64,000 bases of DNA from Halarcobacter sp. Lineage in GTDB: Bacteria; Campylobacterota; Campylobacteria; Campylobacterales; Arcobacteraceae. Made by a program: the position numbers and the translations under genes. Positions 39,290 through 50,803 of the stretch are shown here, piece by piece (position 1 is the first letter of the stretch; every line of letters begins with the position of its first letter). The stretch spans positions 3,823-67,822 of the forward strand of contig JBFHGG010000003.1 in the NCBI GenBank assembly GCA_041583235.1. The letters run 5' to 3'. The notes under the pieces were generated by a model. It worked only from the letters and a program-made list of their open reading frames with translations, ran no database searches and had not been told where the DNA came from.

Positions 39290-40300
39290 TTAAAGTGTAA
39301 TATCACATAAAGAGTAATGTTTTCCAGCATCTTTTAAATCTAAAATAGCTCTAAATACTAACATCTCATCTTCATTGTATCCTGTTAAAATATCTTTTAA
39401 CTTATCAATCATTTCTAATTCACAAAGAACATAAAAATATGCAGTTGTCGCTGCATCGTCTTCTTCAGAAATTGTTTCAAAAAGTTCAAGTAATTTATCA
39501 GGGGTTAAAGCATCTTTATAAAGTTTTGCTAAAGTCACATACTCTTCTTTTGAATAGTTTAAACTTTTTGTGATTTTTAATATTTCTTCTTTGCTTAAAC
39601 CAAACTCAGTATTATCAATATCTTTAATAAAAAGTTTAAATGCCATTTCTCTATCTAGAATCACATTAGTATAAACTTTTTTAATTGTAGTCATAGTTTT
39701 ATTTTCTAATACATTAAAGAAGGCAACTCTAACTACATCATTAGAATATTGTGTAGCTTTTTTTAAAATATCCAATGAATAATCAACTTGCTCATTCATT
39801 TTATTAATTAAATTTTGTTTAGCTAAAGCAGACCCCTGATCTAATTTTAAAGATTTGTCACTTACAAATTTTCCAGATTTAATATCTTTAATTTGAGATA
39901 CAACTTTATTTAACTCTTCATTTGTAGAAGTAAAGGCTTGGTCTTTAACATCAATATTAAATTGATTTAATATACCTGCAACATTTTTATAACCAGATGT
40001 TTTAAATTTTCTTTTATCATTTTTTTGTAAAAGTACATTTTTTAATGTTTCAATTATTGTTGTTTCATCTTTTGTAAAACCTCTAGTTTTACAATAATTA
40101 ACAGAACCATAAAACAATAGATGTAAAACTGTAAATATAAACAGTAAAACAATTGGTGCTAAAACCCATGCAACTGTTGGCAACATTAGAGAATAGTCTA
40201 ATACTGTAACTGTATAATCTCCACTTTCAACACTGTATACATATAGTCCTACAACTATAATTAACAGTAAAGAAAACCCAATATATTTTTTAAGTCCCAC
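39290..40300 (-). CDS. Conserved hypothetical membrane-anchored helical protein
   Basis: Two N-terminal TM segments followed by a helical soluble region; no catalytic motif recognised. Confidence 0.6.
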   Translation of the reverse strand: MGLKKYIGFSLLLIIVVGLYVYSVESGDYTVTVLDYSLMLPTVAWVLAPIVLLFIFTVLHLLFYGSVNYCKTRGFTKDETTIIETLKNVLLQKNDKRKFKTSGYKNVAGILNQFNIDVKDQAFTSTNEELNKVVSQIKDIKSGKFVSDKSLKLDQGSALAKQNLINKMNEQVDYSLDILKKATQYSNDVVRVAFFNVLENKTMTTIKKVYTNVILDREMAFKLFIKDIDNTEFGLSKEEILKITKSLNYSKEEYVTLAKLYKDALTPDKLLELFETISEEDDAATTAYFYVLCELEMIDKLKDILTGYNEDEMLVFRAILDLKDAGKHYSLCDITL

Positions 40301-40328
40301 ATCTTATCCTTTTTATCGTTTTACTTTT

Positions 40329-40679
40329 TTATTCTGCTTCGTAAATCTCTCTACAAGGTGTACAAAATTTTGCAAATGGTTTTGCTCTTAGTCTTCCAAT
40401 AGCAATAGCTTCATCACACATTTCACAAATACCATAAGTACCTTTTTCAATACCTTTTAAGGCATCCTCTATTTCATTTAATTCTTTAATTTGTTGGTTT
40501 GCAATAATCCCTTCTTTAAAAGAATCACTAGAAACTTCTGCATAATCAAATTCATCTTTACATTCAGAATCTTTAAGGGAATCAATACTATCTCTACTTC
40601 CTTGAATGTTTTTATTTATTTTTTCTTTTCTATCAAGCAAGATTTGTTTTAATTCATCAATTTGTTTTGTATTAGCCAT
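40329..40679 (-). CDS. dksA: RNA polymerase-binding protein DksA
   Basis: DEFD acidic tip and YGICEMC...CTPC zinc finger; start moved to MANTK. Confidence 0.9.
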   Translation of the reverse strand: MANTKQIDELKQILLDRKEKINKNIQGSRDSIDSLKDSECKDEFDYAEVSSDSFKEGIIANQQIKELNEIEDALKGIEKGTYGICEMCDEAIAIGRLRAKPFAKFCTPCREIYEAE

Positions 40680-40728
40680 ATTATACCTTATTAAAAAAAT
40701 TTTGCAATTATACACAAATATTTATAAA

Positions 40729-41187
40729 TTATTTATGATATGGATGATTATTATTTATTGCTAAACCTCTGAATATCTGTTCAAGTAGGACAAGAGTGAC
40801 CACTTTATGTGCCATGGTAAGAGAACTAAGGCTAATAATTTTGTCACATTTTTTCAGAAAATCTTTTTCAAATCCATACGCTCCACCAATAAAAAAATTA
40901 ACTTCACTGCTATTACTTAGCATTTTTGAAAATTCATAACTATCAAGACTTTTTCCTAATACATCTAATGCTACACAATAACCACTTATAAACGGTTCAT
41001 ATGCTTTTGTATAAGACTCTTTTGCTTCTTTTTCTCCAATAGTTTGAGCTTTAGAAATATTCTTATTAAAAATTGAAAAAACTTCAACTTTTGCATATTT
41101 TGAACACATCTTAATAAACTCTTTTGAGATTTTATCAAACTCATCTGTATTTGGTTTAACAATTGCATATATGTTAATTTTAGCCAT
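40729..41187 (-). CDS. rlmH: 23S rRNA pseudouridine-1915 N3-methyltransferase
   Basis: FFIGGAYG, SLSSLTMAH, LLEQIFR and HPYHK motifs. Confidence 0.92.
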   Translation of the reverse strand: MAKINIYAIVKPNTDEFDKISKEFIKMCSKYAKVEVFSIFNKNISKAQTIGEKEAKESYTKAYEPFISGYCVALDVLGKSLDSYEFSKMLSNSSEVNFFIGGAYGFEKDFLKKCDKIISLSSLTMAHKVVTLVLLEQIFRGLAINNNHPYHK

Positions 41188-41201
41188 AAAATTACCCTTT
41201 A

Positions 41202-41807
41202 TTATTTATATAATGCACTTCCAACTACATTAAAAGAGACATTTTTTATTTTATCATTAATTTCAACTGCTCCAATTGCACAAACAGGTTTTGAAGAAAT
41301 TTTTGCTAAGTATGAGATTTTATCACCTAAGAGGTTTTTTACATCTTTTGTTGAAGTAGTTCTATAAGCACCTAAGCCAATCATATCAATATCTAAGTCA
41401 TTTGCCTCAAGTATTTCAAGCTCATTATGAGTTGAAAGCCCTAATAGTTTATCGCCAATTCTTTTTCTAATTATTTTTGTGGCAAATTTTTTATCAGGAT
41501 TTATTTTAATAAAATCTTCTTGTCCTAAGTGTAAACCATCGGCATACTCTATTAACTCAATTTTATCATTTATAAGTATTGGAATATTAAGATGTTTTTT
41601 TAGATAAAGCAAGTTCTCAATCTGGGTTTCATTTGAATTTATTTTATCTCTATATTGAATAACTTTTACATCTAAAGTTAAAACACGTTCAATAAAATGA
41701 TTTAAGAGTAAATCTTTTTTTAAGAGAGTTTGAAAGTCACATAAGGCATAAAGAAGATTAGAAGCTTTAAGTTCAAAACCTAAAGCTTCTTCAAATCTAC
41801 TAGACAT
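41202..41807 (-). CDS. thiE: Thiamine phosphate synthase family protein
   Basis: IQYRDK, IND, GLHLGQED, GLSTH and AIG motifs. Confidence 0.8.
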   Translation of the reverse strand: MSSRFEEALGFELKASNLLYALCDFQTLLKKDLLLNHFIERVLTLDVKVIQYRDKINSNETQIENLLYLKKHLNIPILINDKIELIEYADGLHLGQEDFIKINPDKKFATKIIRKRIGDKLLGLSTHNELEILEANDLDIDMIGLGAYRTTSTKDVKNLLGDKISYLAKISSKPVCAIGAVEINDKIKNVSFNVVGSALYK

Positions 41808-42676
41808 TAGCTAGCGTTAGTTGTTTTTGAAAACATTGTTAATAAATCAGATAATGTTTTTTTCATATCTTTTCTATTAACAACCATATCAATTGAACCT
41901 TTTTCAAGTAAGAATTCTGCTCTTTGGAAGCCTTCAGGAAGGTCAGCACCAATAGTTTGTTTAATAACTCTTTGTCCTGCAAATCCAACTAAAGCACCTG
42001 GTTCTGCCATTATAATATCACCTAAAAAAGCAAAAGAAGCAGAAACTCCTCCCATAGTTGGGTCTGTTAGAACAGAAATAAATGGAAGTTTTGCCTTATC
42101 CATTCTTTTTAATGCAGCAGATGTTTTTGCCATTTGCATTAAAGAGAAAGTTGACTCTTGCATTCTTGCTCCTCCTGAAGCAGAAACTATAATTAAACCC
42201 TGGTGTTTCTCCATTGCTCTATTTACAGCTCTTACTATTTTTTCACCCTCTACAGAGCCTAAACTTCCACCCATAAAAGCAAAATCAAATACTACAATTT
42301 GAGCAGGAACATCATTAATTGTACATTCACCACTAACAACAGCAGAAGTTCTACCAGTTTTTTTCACTGCTTCATCTACTCTTTTTTTATAAGATTTCTT
42401 ATCAACAAATTTTAAAGGATCAGTGGGTTTCAAATCTTCATCATATTCAACAAAAGAGTCTTTATCTGAAAGTATTTCTATTCTTCTCTTTGCACCAATT
42501 CTCATATGAAAATTACATTTAGGACAAATATTATTTTGATTTTCTACTTCTTTAAAGAACATCAATGCTGCACACTCTGGACATTTTATCCAATGTGTTG
42601 GAGCATCATTTTTTGTTGGTTGTTCTTTTTCACTACTATCAAATGAAATTTTACTAAATAAATTTTTTAAATCCAT
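41807..42676 (-). CDS. accD: Acetyl-CoA carboxylase carboxyltransferase beta subunit
   Basis: WIKCPEC...CPKC zinc finger, [15 protein letters not shown] and GFAGQRVI. Confidence 0.96.
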   Translation of the reverse strand: MDLKNLFSKISFDSSEKEQPTKNDAPTHWIKCPECAALMFFKEVENQNNICPKCNFHMRIGAKRRIEILSDKDSFVEYDEDLKPTDPLKFVDKKSYKKRVDEAVKKTGRTSAVVSGECTINDVPAQIVVFDFAFMGGSLGSVEGEKIVRAVNRAMEKHQGLIIVSASGGARMQESTFSLMQMAKTSAALKRMDKAKLPFISVLTDPTMGGVSASFAFLGDIIMAEPGALVGFAGQRVIKQTIGADLPEGFQRAEFLLEKGSIDMVVNRKDMKKTLSDLLTMFSKTTNAS

Positions 42677-42737
42677 GATATTTCCTTTAAATTAGTTCCT
42701 GATTTATTGGAACCTTTTTTATTTATTCTTATTTTAT

Positions 42738-43946
42738 TTATATATTCTTAAGTTTTTCAACTTCGTCAAGTTTTTCCCAAGGGTAATCACTTTGTCCAAC
42801 TTGTCCTCTTGAAGCTACATCAGCATAAAGGAAAGTCTCAGGAGATGGCTTATCAAGACCAAATTTTTCTGTAATCCATCTTGGAGTTAAAGCATATTCA
42901 TTCATTACAATTGAAGATAATTTATCATCATCATATTTTTTATAAGTTCCCATTGTATCAACGGCAACAGAAGTTGGACGTGCTACTCCAATAGCATATG
43001 AAATTTGAACATTAGCCTTATCAGCAAGTCCCGCAGCAACTATATTTTTTGCAATCCAACGTGCAGCATAAAGTCCAGATCTATCAACTTTTGTATAATC
43101 TTTTGAAGATTGAGCTCCCCCACCAATTGGAGAATATCCACCAAAGGAATCAACAATAAGCTTTCTTCCTGTTAATCCTGAATCATGTAAAGGTGAGTGA
43201 CTTACATATCTTCCTGTTGGATTAATATGAATGATTGTTTCATCTTTATTATACATATCTGTTGGTAATCCTGTATCATCAATTAAACCTTGAATCAATT
43301 CTCTAACTTCTTCAATTGGCATATTTTCAACAGAAGGTGCCGAAACAACAATTGTATGAATTTTTTGTGGTTTACAATTTTCAAAGTTTTCTTTTGTACC
43401 ATAATCAACTGTAACTTGAGTTTTGATATCAACTCCTAGCTTATGATTATGTTTTAAGGCATAATGATAAACTTTATCTGCTAACATTCTTGCATATGTA
43501 ATAGCTGCAGGCATAAAATCAGCAGTTTCAGTTGAAGCAAAACCAAACATAATTCCTTGATCCCCTGCCCCAATTTCACCTGTTTCTTGGTCAACACCTT
43601 GAGAAATATCAGGAGATTGTTGATTTAATAAAACCTGTACTTGTACATCATCAGGATGTAAACATTGTTCTTTTGTAAAAGATGATTTTCCATCATAACC
43701 TATTTTAGCTAAGGCATCTTTTACTAAATTTTGATAATCTTCTTGTAATAATTGACATTGTGATTTTACTTCACCACCAATTATTACATGTTTTCCAGCA
43801 ACAAAAACCTCAGAGGCAACTCTACTATTTTTATCCTCAATAATTAACTTATCAACTATTGTATCAGCAATAATATCTGCACATTTATCTGGATGCCCTG
43901 GGCTTACAACTTCACTTGTAAATAAGTAGTTTGTTTTGTTTTCCAT
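42738..43946 (-). CDS. metK: S-adenosylmethionine synthetase
   Basis: FTSE...GHPDK, GAGDQG, DSGLTGRK, GGGAQSSKD and KVDRS motifs; start moved to MENKTNYL. Confidence 0.96.
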   Translation of the reverse strand: MENKTNYLFTSEVVSPGHPDKCADIIADTIVDKLIIEDKNSRVASEVFVAGKHVIIGGEVKSQCQLLQEDYQNLVKDALAKIGYDGKSSFTKEQCLHPDDVQVQVLLNQQSPDISQGVDQETGEIGAGDQGIMFGFASTETADFMPAAITYARMLADKVYHYALKHNHKLGVDIKTQVTVDYGTKENFENCKPQKIHTIVVSAPSVENMPIEEVRELIQGLIDDTGLPTDMYNKDETIIHINPTGRYVSHSPLHDSGLTGRKLIVDSFGGYSPIGGGAQSSKDYTKVDRSGLYAARWIAKNIVAAGLADKANVQISYAIGVARPTSVAVDTMGTYKKYDDDKLSSIVMNEYALTPRWITEKFGLDKPSPETFLYADVASRGQVGQSDYPWEKLDEVEKLKNI

Positions 43947-43985
43947 GTTTGTTTTCCTATTTTGTTTTCCATTTTTGTTTTCCAT
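43934..43985 (-). repeat. Four imperfect 12-14 nt tandem copies of ATGGAAAACAAA at the metK start
   Basis: ATGGAAAACAAAA-ATGGAAAACAAA-ATAGGAAAACAAAC-ATGGAAAACAAAA. Confidence 0.8.
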
Positions 43986-44041
43986 TAAATCTATACTTAT
44001 TTTTATCTTTAAATTCTAATAAAAAAATAAAAAATTAATAT

Positions 44042-45844
44042 TTATTCAACAGTAACTGACTTAGCCAAGTTTCTTGGCATGTCAACGTCATTTCCGAGCC
44101 GTATTGAAATCTCCATTGAGAATAATTGCAATACAACTAACATCTCAAAAAACTCTAACATATAATGATCAGTTTTTTGAGTTTTAATAAAATCATCGCT
44201 TAATTCAAATTCAAGTGGTGAGATTGAACAAATAGTACTATCTCTTGCACTTAACTCTTCAACATTAGATTTGATTTTATCATATAATAAATTTTCTGGC
44301 ATTAGTGCAATCGTAAATAACTCAGGATCTGCTAATGCTATTGGACCGTGTTTCATTTCACCTGCAGGATAACCCTCTGCATGTAAATACGAAATTTCTT
44401 TTAATTTTAAAGCACCTTCAAGTGCTAATGGGAAAAAGACATCTCTTCCTATAAAGAAAAAACCATGACCATGAAGATATCTTTTTGATAATCTTTTAGT
44501 CTTCTCATGTATTTTATCATCGATAATTAGAGACTTAGGAACCTCTCTTAAAGCAAGAAGTTCACTTTGTAATTTCTTTGATGAAATTGAACCGTTTATT
44601 TTAGCGAAATAAAGTGATAACATCCATAAAACTGTTGCCTGAGTTGAAAAAGCTTTTGTAGATGCTACTCCTTTTTCAATTCCAGCACGAGTTAGTATTG
44701 TAAAATCAGCCATTCTAGTCATTGATGAATTATTTACATTACAAATTACAAGAGATTTAAGTCCAGCTTTTTTTGCCATTTTTAAAGCTTCTAAAGTATC
44801 TGCAGTTTCACCACTTTGAGAAATCACAATAAAAAGTGTATCTTTGCTAAGTAAGGGTTCTTTATATCTAAATTCGCTTGCAACTTCAATACTACACTTA
44901 ACTTTTGCTAATCTTTCAAAAAGATATGTTGAAGTTAGACCTGCATGATAAGAAGTTCCACAAGCACAAATTTTAATCTCTTTAATTCCATCTAATATTG
45001 ATCTATCAATTTCATCAAATAAAATTTCTTCATCTTGTATCCGTCCAAGCATACAATCGCTTACAACATCACTTTGCTCATAAATCTCTTTTTCCATAAA
45101 AAATCTAAAGCCATCTTTTTGAGCAAATTGCTTTGAAGTTGGAAGAGTTGACCAAGAATAATTATTGGAAAAAAATTCAATACCTGAAGCTGATGCAATA
45201 CCACCAACTCCATCTTCTAAATAAACTACTTCATTTGCTAAACCAATCAATGGTGCATCAGAAGAAGCAAATAAGACTTCACCCTCTACTTTCCCACGTG
45301 CAATAATTAAGGGACTTCCATGCTTAAAGAAAAAGATTTTTGAAGGATCAGCTTTTGAAATTAAAAGAACTGAAAAGGCACCTTGTAATCTTTCAATTGT
45401 ATTTTCAAAAGCTTTTTTTGTGTCATTTAATTTATTTTGAAAATTTTCAAAAAGATGAACAATAACCTCAGTATCTGTTTGTGAAACAAAATTATGTCCT
45501 GCTTCAATTAATTCTTCTTTTAATTCTTTGTAGTTTTCAATAATTCCATTATGAACCACATAAGAATATTCACCTAAATGTGGGTGAGCATTTAATTCTG
45601 TTGGTTTACCATGTGTTGCCCATCTAGTATGACCTATTCCTATTTTATATTTACCTAGGGATGCATTTTCAACTTTTTTGCTTAAATTATTGAGTTTTCC
45701 AAGAGCTTTAAAAACATCTATTTTTTCATCATTTAAAAGTGCAATTCCTGCACTATCATAACCTCTATATTCTAACTCTTTTAAGCCATCTAGTAAAAAA
45801 TTTGTTGTATCTTGTTTCCCAATATATCCAACTATTCCACACAT
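44042..45844 (-). CDS. glmS: Glutamine-fructose-6-phosphate transaminase
   Basis: MCGIVG, HTRWATHG, HNGIIEN, SQSGETADT and PRNLAKSVTVE motifs. Confidence 0.97.
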   Translation of the reverse strand: MCGIVGYIGKQDTTNFLLDGLKELEYRGYDSAGIALLNDEKIDVFKALGKLNNLSKKVENASLGKYKIGIGHTRWATHGKPTELNAHPHLGEYSYVVHNGIIENYKELKEELIEAGHNFVSQTDTEVIVHLFENFQNKLNDTKKAFENTIERLQGAFSVLLISKADPSKIFFFKHGSPLIIARGKVEGEVLFASSDAPLIGLANEVVYLEDGVGGIASASGIEFFSNNYSWSTLPTSKQFAQKDGFRFFMEKEIYEQSDVVSDCMLGRIQDEEILFDEIDRSILDGIKEIKICACGTSYHAGLTSTYLFERLAKVKCSIEVASEFRYKEPLLSKDTLFIVISQSGETADTLEALKMAKKAGLKSLVICNVNNSSMTRMADFTILTRAGIEKGVASTKAFSTQATVLWMLSLYFAKINGSISSKKLQSELLALREVPKSLIIDDKIHEKTKRLSKRYLHGHGFFFIGRDVFFPLALEGALKLKEISYLHAEGYPAGEMKHGPIALADPELFTIALMPENLLYDKIKSNVEELSARDSTICSISPLEFELSDDFIKTQKTDHYMLEFFEMLVVLQLFSMEISIRLGNDVDMPRNLAKSVTVE

Positions 45845-45921
45845 AATAAACCTTTTTATCTGTTTTAAAATCAGATATAATAGCTAAAATATCATAAGAA
45901 GTTACTTTATAAACTTTCTTG

Positions 45922-46692
45922 TTATTTTAGTATAGAAATTAAAGAATCATGTATATATTTATTACTTGCAAGTAAATATTTATCTTCAAATAGGGTATAC
46001 TCATTTCCATCAATATTTGAAATTTTTCCTCCTGCTTCTTTTAAAATAATAATTCCAGCACTTACATCCCAAGCTTTTAGATTCATTTCATAATAACCTT
46101 CATATGTTCCACGTGCTACATAACATAAATCAAGTGCAGCAGAACCTAGTCTTCTAATATCTTGACATCTTGGAAGAATTTTTTTCATTTTCACAATTAC
46201 ATCATTTAAATCATCTTCACAAGTTCCACTTGTATAAGGAAAACCACTTGCAATTAATGCTTTTTGAAAATCTTCTTCTTTTGATACTTCAATTTTATTC
46301 CCATTTAAAAAAGCTCCTTTCCCAACTTCTGCTGTATATAACTCATCTAAAATTGGATTATAAACAATTCCAATAAAAGGTTTTTTATTTTTATAAACAC
46401 CAACTGAAATACAAGTATGTGGTACTTGATTTACAAAATTTGTTGTACCATCTATTGGGTCTACAATAATTGAGTTTAAAAATTCTATATTTGAATTATC
46501 AGACTCTTCTGCAATTACATTAAAATCTTTAAATTCAGACAAAAACTTCTCTTTTAGTAAGTTTTCAATTCCAACATCATACTTAGTAACTAAATCTTTT
46601 TTAGCTTTAAAATTCACATCTTTTTTAGAGTAATAACCCTCTTTTAGGATTTCACCTGCTTCTTTAATAATTGTAATTAATTTTGTTTTCAT
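45922..46692 (-). CDS. suhB: Inositol monophosphatase family protein (SuhB)
   Basis: AEES, DPIDGT.NF, RRLGSAALD and WDVSAG motifs; start moved to MKTKL. Confidence 0.9.
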   Translation of the reverse strand: MKTKLITIIKEAGEILKEGYYSKKDVNFKAKKDLVTKYDVGIENLLKEKFLSEFKDFNVIAEESDNSNIEFLNSIIVDPIDGTTNFVNQVPHTCISVGVYKNKKPFIGIVYNPILDELYTAEVGKGAFLNGNKIEVSKEEDFQKALIASGFPYTSGTCEDDLNDVIVKMKKILPRCQDIRRLGSAALDLCYVARGTYEGYYEMNLKAWDVSAGIIILKEAGGKISNIDGNEYTLFEDKYLLASNKYIHDSLISILK

Positions 46693-46940
46693 TTTATATC
46701 CATAATTTTTTTTAAATTTTAACAAAAGATTACTATAAAACTATTAATCTTAAAAAAAAAGATTGTAAATTATGAATAAATAAAGATTTTTTTTAAGGTA
46801 AAAATGCTTTTTTATGCAAATATACCTATAATCACTTTATTTTATTCAATAAAAAATACTCTATCTTAGCTATCTAACTCCCATTTTATAAGGGTACTAA
46901 CATAAATTCATAAAATTTATTAAATTTAAGGCAAAAAGAT

Positions 46941-46970
46941 TTGCTTTTTATAAATAAATAGTGCTATAAT
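46941..46970 (+). promoter_or_regulatory. Orphan sigma70 promoter (TTGCTT-18-TATAAT, with extended TG)
   Basis: TGcTATAAT at 46962-46970, with no annotated gene downstream on this strand. Confidence 0.6.
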
Positions 46971-46975
46971 TTTAC

Positions 46976-47139
46976 ATACAAAGACGGTATGGAGGTGTAA
47001 ATGACGAAGGTTTCACATTTTTAGTATTGTTAAAAACTAATTTAAAAATAATTTACAATGTATGTAAATCGTTATAAATAAAAGTTTTATTTATAACTTA
47101 ATATAGAAAAGGAGAAATGTTAATTTCTCCTTTTTTTTT
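46976..47139 (+). ncRNA. Candidate small RNA or mini-ORF transcript
   Basis: Promoter upstream, internal hairpins and a terminator with T-tract downstream; no family recognised. Confidence 0.45.
47107..47139. terminator. Bidirectional terminator
   Basis: aaaaggagaaat-gtta-atttctcctttt plus a long T run. Confidence 0.8.
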
Positions 47140-47151
47140 GCCCTAATTTAA

Positions 47152-47775
47152 TCAATAATCAAGTGCTAGTTTTAAGCCTAAAGCAGCTAATAATGTTCCT
47201 GCAACTCTATCAATATATTTTTTAAATCGTAAATATACTTTTTGTGATTTCTTAGTTGATAATAATAAAACAACAGTACAATACCAAATACCATCTACAA
47301 AAAAAGCAATTAAACATAATAAAATTTCACTATAATTAGGTAGTTCTGCAGGTAATAAAGCAGCAAAAATACTTCCTAAAATAATTGCTGTTTTAGGATT
47401 ACTAATTTGAGTTAAAAAACCAAATAATAAAGCCTTGAAAAAACTTTTTTTGCTCTTTTCTAATTTCATATTAAGAGATAAAGATTCATCTGAGTGCTTC
47501 CATATTTTATAAGCTAAATATAATAAATATACTCCACCTAAAACTTTAAAAAGTCCAAATAGAAAAGGTACAGTTACAAATAATGCATTTAATCCCAAGA
47601 TTGCAAGCAAAGTAAAAAACACTGCACCTAAAGATAATCCAATAGATACTCCAATTCCTTCACTAAAAGGTTTAGAAACAGCTGTTTTTGCAACAAGAAT
47701 AAAACTAGGTCCTGGACTCATAGTCCCAAACATAAATACAATAGCAATTGCTAATAGAAAAGAATACTCAGCCAT
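47152..47775 (-). CDS. LysE/RhtB-family amino-acid exporter
   Basis: SPGPSF, GGVYLLYLA and GFLTQISNPK motifs; start moved to MAEYS. Confidence 0.9.
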   Translation of the reverse strand: MAEYSFLLAIAIVFMFGTMSPGPSFILVAKTAVSKPFSEGIGVSIGLSLGAVFFTLLAILGLNALFVTVPFLFGLFKVLGGVYLLYLAYKIWKHSDESLSLNMKLEKSKKSFFKALLFGFLTQISNPKTAIILGSIFAALLPAELPNYSEILLCLIAFFVDGIWYCTVVLLLSTKKSQKVYLRFKKYIDRVAGTLLAALGLKLALDY

Positions 47776-47913
47776 AATATAAACCTTTGATTGAAAATTT
47801 ATTATATTGAAATTAAAATAAGATATTCTTGATTTAGATAATTCTATTTTGTTTAAAATTTTATGCAATCCATATAAATTAATAAATAAGAAAAAGTTGC
47901 GATTAATTCTTTT

Positions 47914-48315
47914 TTATTTTGTAAGTTTTTCTAAGGCTTCTATAGCTAATATAGCTTTTTCTTTTGGTACAAAAATATGATCATGATAATAACCTGCAAC
48001 AACATTTGCAGAGATTCCATATTCAGTCAATTGCTTTGAAAATGCAGCAGTAAGTCCAACGGCATCTAAACTAGAATGTATTTCTAAAGTAATTTTATTA
48101 AACACAGATTCATAGGAAAGTTTATTTTCATCAGCTTTTATTCTAGAAATAATAAGTGTCATACCTTCTGACTCTAAAAAAGTTCCTATTGGATTTAATT
48201 CCATAATTTCTGTATTAAGTTCAAAATAATTTTTTGTACAAAAAACATATTCTTCACTATCTAGAACTGGTTTCATATCTTTTAATAAAATTTTAATATC
48301 AACTATACCTGACAT
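47914..48315 (-). CDS. ACT-domain protein (DUF2241/ACT_3 type)
   Basis: MKPVL...YVF, ESEGMTLI, HSSLDAVGLTA, ANVVAGYYHDHIFVP. Confidence 0.85.
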   Translation of the reverse strand: MSGIVDIKILLKDMKPVLDSEEYVFCTKNYFELNTEIMELNPIGTFLESEGMTLIISRIKADENKLSYESVFNKITLEIHSSLDAVGLTAAFSKQLTEYGISANVVAGYYHDHIFVPKEKAILAIEALEKLTK

Positions 48316-48407
48316 ATTCATCCTTTTTTAATGAGATTTTATTGTATCATTTAAAACTTTATTTAAATACAAAATAATTAGAAATTAGCACTTTAAATTA
48401 GTTAAGA

Positions 48408-48692
48408 TTACCTTAATTCATATTCATATAAATCTCTGCCCATCCCGATATTATCAATAATAAGATGAAAATTCAATTCTCCTTTTGATAATAATTTGTC
48501 TTTTTTCTTTGCTCTCTTACAATATAACGAATAATCCAAAGTCTTAACTTTATCATATTCAGCAAAAACTTCTATGCTTACTTCATTTTCGGAATTATCA
48601 AAATAAACTGCATAGGTATAGATATATGTTCTTAATGTATTATAATGAGTATTTTTATAATGTATGGGTTGAAATAAGTTAGGAAAATAAGT
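48408..48692 (-). pseudogene. 5'-truncated gene remnant (94 open codons, no usable start)
   Basis: Frame checked codon by codon; no ATG/GTG/TTG before residue 52; the C-terminal two-thirds look protein-like. Confidence 0.5.
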
Positions 48693-48717
48693 CTAAAAGG
48701 GAGTTATATAAAGGCTC

Positions 48718-48740
48718 AAAGTCCCTTAAAAAGGGACTTT
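48718..48740 (-). terminator. Hairpin after groEL (same family as the GGTYCC hairpins)
   Basis: aaagtccc-ttaaaaa-gggacttt. Confidence 0.65.
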
Positions 48741-48762
48741 AAAAAGGGTATATAGTTTTTAA

Positions 48763-50659
<1,897 letters not shown>

Positions 50660-50710
50660 TTTAACTCTCCTATAAATTTTATTATATTTTTATTATAACT
50701 ATTATTTACT

Positions 50711-50737
50711 TTAGCACTCATTTTTTTAGAGTGCCAA
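50711..50737. promoter_or_regulatory. CIRCE element (HrcA operator)
   Basis: TTAGCACTC-N9-GAGTGCCAA, one mismatch from consensus, upstream of groES. Confidence 0.9.
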
Positions 50738-50770
50738 ATTTTATAAAACTTTTGATTAATTCTCAATTAA

Positions 50771-50791
50771 TATGAGTATATTTGACTAAAG
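50771..50791. promoter_or_regulatory. HAIR-like site (possible HspR operator)
   Basis: Minus strand CTTTAGT-N7-ACTCATA versus consensus CTTGAGT-N7-ACTCAAG. Confidence 0.5.
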
Positions 50792-50803
50792 TTAAAAACT
50801 TTT

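Noticed and set aside
43986-45921. SAM riboswitch before metK or glmS ribozyme before glmS
   Set aside because: The intergenic gaps are short, AT-only and lack the conserved cores.
46804-46869. 21-codon hydrophobic ORF MLFYANIPIITLFYSIKNTLS behind AAGGT
   Set aside because: Such ORFs are expected by chance in very AT-rich DNA, and there is no distinctive codon or promoter support.
48655-48717. Possible third full copy of the three-hairpin element next to groEL
   Set aside because: Only the last hairpin and a few upstream bases match; P1 and the left arm of P2 are absent.
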